Below, piece by piece: positions 55,979 to 64,000 of a stretch of DNA of 64,000 bases. A program made the position numbers and the translations under genes. Each line of letters begins with the position of its first letter. Positions within the stretch are counted from its first letter, which is position 1. The stretch comes from Alphaproteobacteria bacterium. Its GTDB lineage: Bacteria; Pseudomonadota; Alphaproteobacteria; SHVV01. Location of the stretch: contig OZ253470.1 of the NCBI GenBank assembly GCA_965261735.1, positions 4,768,001 to 4,832,000 of the forward strand, given 5' to 3'. The notes below the pieces were generated by a model. It saw only the letters and a program-made list of their open reading frames with translations. It was not told the origin of the DNA and ran no database searches.

Positions 55979-56335
55979 CTAATTGGTGCTGTGGCGGGCC
56001 ACGTAGGTGCCGCCCACGGCGGCGCTGAAAAAGCGCTGGAGATCGGGATAGCGTATCGGCTCGCCGCTGTCGTCCGAGTCGAGGTTGCGCTCGGCCACGT
56101 AGGTCCAGTGCGCCGCGTCGTGGACCAGCACGTGGTCCCACGGTCGATCCTTCGGCGGCCGGCTGCGGGCCATGCGCTCGTACCACTCGTCGGAGCCGCT
56201 GAACACCGAGTCGACGTCGACGACGACGCCGCGATAGCCGAATAGGCGGTGGCAAACGACCTGGCCGACGCCGAACTTGGCCTCGCCGCCGAGCGCTCCG
56301 CCATCACCACCGCCCGGTGTTTCCGTGCCTCCCAT
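55979..56335 (-). CDS. hspQ: HspQ/YccV-like protein
   Basis: AKFGVGQVVCHRLFGYRGVVVDVD, PPKDRPW, TYVAERNL. Confidence 0.9.
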   Translation of the reverse strand: MGGTETPGGGDGGALGGEAKFGVGQVVCHRLFGYRGVVVDVDSVFSGSDEWYERMARSRPPKDRPWDHVLVHDAAHWTYVAERNLDSDDSGEPIRYPDLQRFFSAAVGGTYVARHSTN

Positions 56336-56336
56336 C

Positions 56337-57161
56337 CTACGCTCCGGCGCCGTCGAGAAAGTCGATAACCGTGCGGTTGAACAGGTCGGGAACCTCCAGG
56401 TACGAGACGTGCCCGGCGTCGGGGATCGCGACAAGTTCGGCGCTCGCTATCTTCTCGCGGGCCCTGACGCCTATCGCCAGCGGGACCGCCGCGTCCTCCT
56501 CGCCCCAGATCAGGAGCAGCGGCTTGGAGGCGGCGAGATCGGCCAGGCGGTCGCCGATATTGTCCTCATCAATCCGCTCGGCGATGTAGTCGCCGAGGCT
56601 GTCGAACGCGGCGACCGCACCGGGCGAGTTGTTGATGCGGAACTCTTCGTCGATCAGCGCCTCGGTGATCAGCGCTTTCTTGGCGAAGACGAGCTGCAGC
56701 TTGCCCGCGATCCCCTCGCGGGTCGTGTTCTTCACGTTGTCGCGGACAATGGCGCTGGCCTCGGGGCCGATCGGGATGATGCCGACGCTGCCGACGAGCG
56801 CGACGGCACTCACGCGGTCGGGGTGGTCGCACGCGAACATGCCGCAAACGTGGCCGCCGAGCGAGGTGCCAACGACCGCCGCGCGGGCGAGGCCGGCCGC
56901 ATCGGCGAAGTCCTTGACGAAACCCGCGAACGCGGGCACGCCGTACGCATAGTCCGTGTTCTTGTCGGCGAATCCGTGACCGGGGAGGTCGATCGCGTAG
57001 CAGTGATAGCCGGCCGCCGCGATCGCTTCCAGGTTGGCGATCCAGCGGTCGGCGCGCGCGCCCAGGCCGTGGACGAAGATGACTGCCCGGTCGCCGCTCC
57101 CGGCCTCGATGACGCGCGTCAGCGCTTCGCCGGCGGCAAAGGGATAGCTGATGATGGCCAT
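56337..57161 (-). CDS. Alpha/beta-fold hydrolase
   Basis: FVHGLG, IDLPGHG, nucleophile elbow GTSLGG, WGEEDAAVP, AGH. Confidence 0.93.
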   Translation of the reverse strand: MAIISYPFAAGEALTRVIEAGSGDRAVIFVHGLGARADRWIANLEAIAAAGYHCYAIDLPGHGFADKNTDYAYGVPAFAGFVKDFADAAGLARAAVVGTSLGGHVCGMFACDHPDRVSAVALVGSVGIIPIGPEASAIVRDNVKNTTREGIAGKLQLVFAKKALITEALIDEEFRINNSPGAVAAFDSLGDYIAERIDEDNIGDRLADLAASKPLLLIWGEEDAAVPLAIGVRAREKIASAELVAIPDAGHVSYLEVPDLFNRTVIDFLDGAGA

Positions 57162-57214
57162 GGTCTCTCCTCGTCTCGGTGGGCGATCACGTTGCGCGGA
57201 CCCCGATACGGAGG

Positions 57215-57302
57215 CTAACCGCCGAGGTAGGACCGCTGGACCTCGTCATTGTCGAGGAAGGTCCCGGCCCGGGCCTTCGAAGGCGATCTCGCCGGTCGAG
57301 AA
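57215..57302 (-). pseudogene. C-terminal remnant of a LivF-type ABC transporter ATPase
   Basis: STGEIAFEGPGRDL (+1 frameshift) LDNDEVQRSYLGG* resembles the LivF C-terminus (G.I..EG...EL..N.EV..AYLG). Confidence 0.7.
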
Positions 57303-57315
57303 CCTCGCCGTCGTA

Positions 57316-58497
57316 CTACGAAAACTTACGCGGCCCAGGATCGCGCAGGATCTGCATGGTGCCGCAGTGCATGCCGCCGCCGAACCGGTTGTACTCGTCG
57401 TACTCGATCGGTATCACCTCGACGCCGGCGGCCCGCACGCGCTTGATCGTCTCCTTGGCCCCGGCGTGCATGATCACCAGGCCGGGCTCGATCGTGACCG
57501 CGTTGCACGCGCACGCCTCGACCTGTTCCTCCACCGGTGCCTCGATGATCTTGTAGCCGTTGCCCCACAGGAACCTGTTGGTATCGACGTCGAGCGCTGC
57601 CGGGTAGCAGATCACCTTGTCGACGTCGACCGGCGAGATGATCATGTCGGTGTGTGCGGAGATACCCGAGCCGTGGTCGAAATAGCCCATGCCCGGCGTG
57701 TAGATGCGCTGAATGTGGACGTCTTCGCCGCACGCCCTCTTGAGCACGGGAAGGAACTGCTCCATGCCGGCCTCGTTGGTCTCGACGCTGATGGCGTGGA
57801 CGTAGACGTCGTCGGCCAGGAACAGGCCCTGTACCCACACGGCCTTGCCGACGACGGTGAGCAAAGGCGCGATGCCGAGGTTCCAGAAGGCCCAGCGCGC
57901 GAGGTGCTCGGTCCGGCCGAAGCCCGACAGGGGCGCGAGCGCGTAGCCCTTCTTGGGGATGATCGAGCCCCCCGGCAGGATGGTCAGCTCGCCCGCTGAG
58001 TGCTGATTGGTCATCGGACCGAAGGCCGCCATCGGCCTTTCCGGATACTCGATCCAATAGATCTTGACGCCGCACGAGGTCAGTGCCTCCGCGTACATCA
58101 GCTGCTGCTCGCGCAGCTTGCCGATATCCATCTTGCGCTCTTCGAGCATGCCGTCGCGGACGATGTAGTCGGGGTCTTCCTTCATGTACGGGTGTTCGGC
58201 GTAGTTGTCGTCGTCGGAGACACGCACGAGGCCGACCTCGCGCAGCTTGCCGATCCCGGCCGAGCCGCATTTGCGGCCGAAGACCTCGTCGTAATAATTG
58301 AGGTAGTCATAATCGTGCCAGTCGAAGGGGTTCTGCTCGAGGCTCTTGCCCTTGCCCTTGTAGAAGGGGACGTCGTTGAGGGTCCAGTTGCGCCGGCGCT
58401 GGCGCTCCTGGTGCGCGTCGTACTCGGTCAGCGCGAACTCCTGACTCCGGCGCCCTTCGGGCAGCTGGGTCCCCTCCTTGCCGCTGATCTGGGTCAT
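57316..58497 (-). CDS. Pentein-superfamily (amidinotransferase/arginine deiminase/DDAH fold) protein, paralog 3
   Basis: GKLREV first strand, HTD, CN.V.IEPG, C-terminal GGGMHCGTMQILRD. Confidence 0.88.
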   Translation of the reverse strand: MTQISGKEGTQLPEGRRSQEFALTEYDAHQERQRRRNWTLNDVPFYKGKGKSLEQNPFDWHDYDYLNYYDEVFGRKCGSAGIGKLREVGLVRVSDDDNYAEHPYMKEDPDYIVRDGMLEERKMDIGKLREQQLMYAEALTSCGVKIYWIEYPERPMAAFGPMTNQHSAGELTILPGGSIIPKKGYALAPLSGFGRTEHLARWAFWNLGIAPLLTVVGKAVWVQGLFLADDVYVHAISVETNEAGMEQFLPVLKRACGEDVHIQRIYTPGMGYFDHGSGISAHTDMIISPVDVDKVICYPAALDVDTNRFLWGNGYKIIEAPVEEQVEACACNAVTIEPGLVIMHAGAKETIKRVRAAGVEVIPIEYDEYNRFGGGMHCGTMQILRDPGPRKFS

Positions 58498-58534
58498 CTC
58501 AAAGGCCTTTCCCTGCTCTTCGGTGGGCGTCTTA

Positions 58535-59716
58535 TCAGCTGAACTTGCGCGGCCCGGGATCGCGCAATATCTGCATCGAGGCGCAATGTAGGCCGGCGCC
58601 GAACAGGTTGTACTCGTCGTAGTCGACAGCGATCACCTCGACGCCTGCCTGGCGCACCTTGTCGATCGTCTTGCGCGCGCCGGCGTGCATGATGACGCGC
58701 CCCGGCTCGAGCGGAATGAGGTTGCAGGCAAGGGCCCCCGACTGCTCCTCGGGCTCGGCCTCGATGACCTGGTAGCCGTTGTTCCACAGCCACCTGTTGG
58801 TATCGACGTCGATGCCGGGCGCGTGGACCAGCACCTTGTGCAGGTCGAGGGGGGCGATCACCATGTCGGTGTGGGCGCTGATCCCGGTGGCGCGGTCGAA
58901 ATAGTCGTGACCCGGCGTGTAGATGCGCTGGATGTGCAGGTCCTCGCCGACGACGCGGCGCATCACCGGCTCGACCTGGCTCATGCCCTCTTCGTTGGTT
59001 TCCACCGCCATGGTCTGGCAGTAGACGTCGTCAGCGAGAAACACCCCGGTCACCCACATGCCCGTCCCGACGACCGTAATCAGCGGCGGGATGCCGAGGT
59101 TCCAGAACGCCCATCGCGCCAAATACTCGGTCCGTCCGAAGCCCGAAGTCGGCGCCAGCGCATAGCCTTTCTTGGCGATGATCGAGCCGCCCGGCAACAC
59201 CGTAAGCTCGGCGGCTGACATCTGGTTGGTCATCGGCCCGAAGGCCGCCATTGGGCGCTCCGGGTACTTGATCCAGTAGACCTTGACCCCCTGTTCCTGG
59301 AGGACATCGGCATAGCGCGCTTGTTGGTCGCGCATTTTGGGGATGTCCATCTTCTTCTCGGCCAGGAAGCCGTCGCGGTCCATGTAGCCGGGGTCTTCCT
59401 TGACGTAGGGGTGCTCGGCGTAGTTGTCGTCCTCGCTGACCTCGAGGAGGCCGACCTCGCGCAGCTTGCCGATCCCGGCCGAGCCGCATTTGCGGCCGAA
59501 GACCTCGTCGTAATAGTTGAGGTAGTCGTAATCGTGCCAGTCGAAGGGGTTCTGCTCGAGGCTCTTGCCCTTGCCCTTGTAAAAGGGGACGTCGTTAAGG
59601 GTCCAGTTGCGCCGGCGTTGACGCTCCTGGTGCGCGTCGTACTCGGTGAGCGCGAACTCCTGGCTCCGGCGCCCTACCGGCAGCGGGGTCCCCTCTTTGC
59701 CGCTAATCTGTGTCAT
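58535..59716 (-). CDS. Pentein-superfamily protein, paralog 2
   Basis: HTD, CNLIPLEPG, GAGLHCASMQILRD; N-terminus nearly identical to paralog 3. Confidence 0.88.
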   Translation of the reverse strand: MTQISGKEGTPLPVGRRSQEFALTEYDAHQERQRRRNWTLNDVPFYKGKGKSLEQNPFDWHDYDYLNYYDEVFGRKCGSAGIGKLREVGLLEVSEDDNYAEHPYVKEDPGYMDRDGFLAEKKMDIPKMRDQQARYADVLQEQGVKVYWIKYPERPMAAFGPMTNQMSAAELTVLPGGSIIAKKGYALAPTSGFGRTEYLARWAFWNLGIPPLITVVGTGMWVTGVFLADDVYCQTMAVETNEEGMSQVEPVMRRVVGEDLHIQRIYTPGHDYFDRATGISAHTDMVIAPLDLHKVLVHAPGIDVDTNRWLWNNGYQVIEAEPEEQSGALACNLIPLEPGRVIMHAGARKTIDKVRQAGVEVIAVDYDEYNLFGAGLHCASMQILRDPGPRKFS

Positions 59717-59826
59717 GTCTTTCCCTGTCAGGCGATAGATGGATCGCTGGAGTTGCGGCCGGCGACCGCGCTGCGCTGCCGCCCGCGCCGGTACCCGACC
59801 CCTGTCCTTAGGCTGCCAGAGCCGAT

Positions 59827-61005
59827 CTACGAGAACTTGCGCGGCCCTGGATCCCTGAGGATCAGCATGGTCGCGCAAGTAATGGCCGCCCCGTATTTGT
59901 TGTACTCGTCGTAATCAATGGAGACCACCTCGACGCCGGCCTTGCGCACCGCCGCGATCGTCTTTTCGGCGCGCGCGTGCATCATCACATGGCCTGGTTC
60001 GAGGTTGACGATGGCCGCGGCCGAATGCTGGATCTGCTCGTTTAGGTCGGCCTCGATCACCGTATAGCCGTTCTTGCGCAGCCAGACGTGGGTGTTGATG
60101 TCGACGCCCGCTGTGTGCACGAGCACCTTGTCCACGTCGAGCCCGCTGATGACCATGCCGCCGTGGGTGTTGGCGCCGGTGTACTTGTCAAAGTACTTCC
60201 ACCCGGGCGTCCTTATCGGCTGGATGTGGATGTCTTCGCCGCACACGTGCCTGAGCACCGGCGTGACCTGATTGAGGCCATCCCAATTCGTCTCGACTCC
60301 CATGCCCTGCATGTAGACGTCATCGGCGAGGAAGGTACCGGTGACCCATACGCCCTTGCCGGTGACGGTCAACAGGGGCGGGATGCCGAGGTTCCAGAAC
60401 GCCCAGCGCGCCAAGTATTCCGCTCGCCCGAGCCCCGCGGTCGGCGCCAGGGCGTAGCCTTTTTTGGGGATGATCGAGCCGCCCGGCCAGATTGCGAGTT
60501 CGGCCGCCGAATGCATGTTCATCATCGGCCCGAAGGCCGCCATGGGCTTTTCCGGGTACTCGACCCAGTACACCTTGACGCCGGCCTTCTCGAACGCTTC
60601 GGCGAACGCCTCGGCCTCGTCGTTGAGCCTGCTGACATCCACCTTGTCGCTCAGGAGGAAGAAGCCGTCTCGGTTCATGTACTCCTTGTCTTCGTGAAAG
60701 TAGGGGTGATTGGAGTACTCGTCGTCGGGGGTCGGGCGGACGATGCCGACTTCGCGCAGCTTGCCGATCCCGGCCGACCCGCACTTGCGGCCGTAGATCT
60801 TGTCGTAGGCCTCCATGTAGTCGTAGTTGGCCCAATCGAAGGGATCGTGTTCCTGGCCCTTGCCCTTGTAGAAGGGCACATCCTTGAGCTTCCAGTCGTG
60901 CTGGCGCAGCTTTTCCTGATGGAGGTCGTATTCGGTGACCGCGAAGCTCTGGCTCCGCCTCTTTTCCGGCAGAGGCTCGTTCTCGTCGCCCTTGATCTCT
61001 GCCAT
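59827..61005 (-). CDS. Pentein-superfamily protein, paralog 1 (most divergent)
   Basis: SD gggagg; GKLREV, HGG in place of HTD, GAAITCATMLILRD. Confidence 0.86.
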   Translation of the reverse strand: MAEIKGDENEPLPEKRRSQSFAVTEYDLHQEKLRQHDWKLKDVPFYKGKGQEHDPFDWANYDYMEAYDKIYGRKCGSAGIGKLREVGIVRPTPDDEYSNHPYFHEDKEYMNRDGFFLLSDKVDVSRLNDEAEAFAEAFEKAGVKVYWVEYPEKPMAAFGPMMNMHSAAELAIWPGGSIIPKKGYALAPTAGLGRAEYLARWAFWNLGIPPLLTVTGKGVWVTGTFLADDVYMQGMGVETNWDGLNQVTPVLRHVCGEDIHIQPIRTPGWKYFDKYTGANTHGGMVISGLDVDKVLVHTAGVDINTHVWLRKNGYTVIEADLNEQIQHSAAAIVNLEPGHVMMHARAEKTIAAVRKAGVEVVSIDYDEYNKYGAAITCATMLILRDPGPRKFS

Positions 61006-61235
61006 CTTCATCCTCCCTAGGTACCACGATATTTGTTGGGCGAGATTATGGTACGCCCAGCCGCGGCGAGGCAACCGGAAACGGGCGGCGTCCGCGCACG
61101 CCGGGCGGCCGTGCCCCCGGCGCGCGGGGCACCATATTGAAATCGCTGGATTTCAGGTATGATGGGGATGTCGTGGGGTCCTCGGCGCAAAGGCTTGGTT
61201 CGCGTTCGGGGCGAAGCGGTTGAGGAGAAGCGGCA

Positions 61236-62250
61236 GTGAGCGAAACCCAGATTCACGACCTGACCGGCCCGCAAAAAGGCGGCGACCCTGATGCTCGCCC
61301 TGAGCGAGCAACAGTCGGCGGTGATGTTCGCCAAGATGGATGACGACGACATCCGCGAACTCTCCCAGGCGATGGCCAATCTCGGCGTGATGAACGCCTC
61401 TGCGGTCGAGCAGGTCTTCATCGAGTTCGCCAGCCAGATTGGCACGGGCGCGCTGCGCGGCAGCTTTGAGACGACCGAGCGGGCGCTGCTTGCCGGGGGA
61501 CTCGATGCCGAGCGCGTCGAGTACCTCATGGAGGAGATGCGCGGCCCGGCCGGGCGAACGCTTTGGGACAAGCTCGGCAATGTGAACGAGGAGACGCTCG
61601 CTACCTATCTCAAGAACGAATACCCGCAGACGGTCGCGGTGGTACTGTCGAAATTGCTGCCGGACAACGCTGCGCGGGTGCTGGGTGCGCTGCCCGAGGA
61701 CCTGGCGATGGAAGTCGTCACGCGCATGCTGGGCATGGAGCCGGTGCGTAAGGAGGTTCTGGAGAGCGTCGAGCAAACCTTGCGCAAGGAGTTCATGAGC
61801 AACCTGGCGCGTACCACTCAGCGTGACAGTCACGAGATGATGGCCGACATCTTCAACAACTTCGACCGTGCCACGGAGGGCCGTTTCATGGCGGCGCTCG
61901 ATGAGCGCGATCGCGACGGCGCCGAGCGCATCAAGGCGATGATGTTCACCTTCGAGGATTTGGTGAAGCTCGACCCAAACGGCGTGCAGGCTCTCTTGCG
62001 CGGCGTCGAAAAGACCAAGCTCGCGTTGGCCATAAAGGGCGCGTCAGAGACGCTGAGGGACCTGTTCTTCAGCAACATGTCCGAGCGCGCCGGCAAGATC
62101 CTGCGCGAGGACATGGACTCGATGGGGCCGGTACGGGTGAGCGACGTGGACGAGGCGCAGACCGCGATGGTGGCGGTCGCCAAGGAACTTGCCGACCGCG
62201 GCGAGATCATTCTCGCCGACTCCAAGGGCGCCGACGAGCTCATCTACTGA
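61236..62250 (+). pseudogene. fliG: Orphan flagellar motor switch protein FliG with +1 frameshift in an A5 run (61273-61277); may restart at ATG 61291
   Basis: [24 protein letters not shown]; GTG 61236 with SD gives [13 protein letters not shown], out of frame with KAATLML. Confidence 0.85.
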
Positions 62251-62325
62251 CGTTGCGACGCGAGCGTGGCGTAGGGGGGCTGGACGGGCTGTCCGCCCCA
62301 CGCGTCTAGGATTGGCTCGGCGGGA

Positions 62326-62637
62326 TCACTCTATCGTGGGCGCGGCGTCCACGAGCACCGCACCCTCGGTGTTCGCACCGGCGAGGTTGGTCCGGTACAA
62401 ATCGGCATCCGTGAGATCGGCACCGCTCAGGTTGGTGGGCCACATCTGCCCGGTCTTTTTGCCGTCCGCATCTTTGAGTTCAACGGGTCCGAGATCGGCG
62501 TGGGCCAGCTTCGCGCCCTGTAAGTTGGCGTTGTTCAGGTTGACGCCCTTAAGGTCGGAATAGCTGAGATCGGCACCGGCCAGGTTTGAGTCATGAAGAT
62601 CGCACAGGACGAACCAGCCCGACGACAGGTTGGTACC
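62326..62637 (-). pseudogene. Pentapeptide-repeat protein, 3' remnant
   Basis: NLSSG...DLHDS NLAGA DLSYS DLKGV NLNNA NLQGA...NLSGA DLTDA DLYRT NLAGA; no start codon, abuts IS30 fragment. Confidence 0.85.
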
Positions 62638-63346
62638 GGTCGGATCTCGGCACCGGATGGAACGGTGATCGAGGGGCCACGCGTCGTCTGGAACGGTCGT
62701 CGGCATGGGCCGCGGCAGCGCAGGCGATGGGCCAGGGCCTGGAGTCCTGAGCAGATCGCGCACCGTCTTCGGATCGACTATCCTGGGGACGGGCCCGAGG
62801 ATCAAGCGATGCGGATCAGTCATGAGGCGATCTATCAGGCGCTCTACGTACAGGGCCGCGGCGCACTCCGTCGTGAGCTGACCGCCTGCCTTCGCACGGG
62901 AAGGGCACTGCGCGTGCCTCGGGCACGTAGCCGCCGGCGGGGAAAATCCTTCGTCACGCCTGAGATCATGATCAGTGAACGATCGGCGGAAGCAGCTGAT
63001 CGGGCCGTACCCGGACACTGGGAAGGTGACCTGATCATCGGCTTGGGCAGATCGGCGATCGGCACTCTGGTGGAACGCACCACGCGGTTCACAATGCTGC
63101 TGCATCTTCCCCGAATGGAAGGCCACGGCACCGTCCCGCGCGTGAAGAACGGGCCTGCGCTTGCCGGTCATGGGGCTGAAGCGGTTCGCGATGCCATCGC
63201 CCGGACGATCACGACATTGCCAGCGCAGCCGCTCGCTGACCTGGGACCAGGGAGCAGAGATGGCCAAGCATGCGGATCTGCGGATCGCAACCGGCCTTCC
63301 CGTCTACTTCTGCGAACCGCACAGCCCTTGGCAACGCGGAACGAAC
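62638..63346 (+). mobile_element. IS30-family transposase fragment (5'-truncated, frameshifted near 63230, interrupted by IS1595)
   Basis: WSPEQIA, ISHEAIYQ, PGHWEGDL, LVERTTRF; then [20 protein letters not shown] in another frame. Confidence 0.92.
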
Positions 63347-64000
63347 CTTGCCTATCCGGTTAACGCCCATGACCGCTACATGTAGGGTGCCGCCACTCTC
63401 CCGAGTAAAGCTCGGCATAGGTTGGAGCAGAGGTGTCGCCCGCGATGCCGAGCAATGAGCGGAAGGCGTTGAACGGGTAGAACCGCCTGTTGAAGCGGAA
63501 GGTGAACTCGTTGAGGTAGGCTTGTAGGTGCTGGTGGCTAACGCCGTGATGGATACCGATCAGCCACGTCTTCAGGTTGGCGAAAACCAGATGGATGATC
63601 GGCAGGTATTGCTCGGCAACCTCTGGATCACCACACTCGGCAACAGCGAAGTGCTCATAGCCGCGCTTACCGAGGCCAGCATAGCCGCTCCAATCGTCAG
63701 TAACGATCAGCGATCGCGGCGCGACGGTGCTCTCGACGAACCCACAGAGCGACTCGGCGCTACGGTCGAGCACGACGGCGAGCCGAACGCGTCCGGCATA
63801 GCGTCCGTCTTTCCGGTTGTCGAGCTTGGTGCCCGGCTTTCGATGACGCACCTCGATGGCACAGGAGACGGGAACCTTGTGGTGAACACCACGGCCTTCC
63901 CCACGCGTTCGCCCGCCAACCCAGGTTTCGTCCACCTCAACATGGTTCTTGGGCTGTCCACCGATCCTGTCTTGGTTGGGCCGCACCATGCCCGAGCGGA
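63347..64000 (-). mobile_element. IS1595-family element, copy 2 (near-identical to 35131-36235; runs off window)
   Basis: Starts with IR cttgcctatccggtt; translated region differs from copy 1 at only two residues (TRR/TRG, APG/APR). Confidence 0.96.

Noticed and set aside
58440-58497. Twin-arginine-like GRRSQEF at pentein N-termini
   Set aside because: No hydrophobic h-region follows, so it is not a Tat signal

Overview
GC-rich alphaproteobacterial chromosome segment (Rhodospirillales-like gene order; GTTC-N7-GTTC SOS box). Bases 1-43,000 are mostly conserved housekeeping synteny: dnaE end, rpsB-tsf-pyrH-frr-uppS-cdsA-dxr-rseP-bamA-skp-lpxD-fabZ-lpxA-lpxI-lpxB-gloA, gltA/gltX, comEC, lexA-moeA-moaC-trpC-trpD, ppiD, tpiA-secG-pyrG-kdsA-eno-ftsB, pdhABC-lpdA-lipA-ratA. 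Then come modABC, hisI, metC, sseA, alaX, cysK and nudF. Two things stand out. (1) A co-directional accessory cluster at about 54.4-61.0 kb: three tandem pentein (amidinotransferase/deiminase-fold) paralogs with non-canonical substrate-binding motifs, an unannotated remnant of a LivF-type ABC ATPase, an alpha/beta hydrolase, hspQ and two tandem heme-oxygenase-like (PqqC/CADD-type) diiron proteins. This is the best candidate for an undescribed pathway. (2) Signs of ongoing genome erosion: five IS elements or fragments (IS630, three IS1595-family, IS30), several deletion scars (comEC, a YeeE/YedE pair, sseA-GNAT, the liv remnant, pentapeptide/IS30) and frameshifts (lpdA, fliG, sseA). Some single-base frameshifts could be assembly errors. 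No rRNA, tRNA or CRISPR array was seen. All family assignments come from motif recognition by eye; no database search was run.
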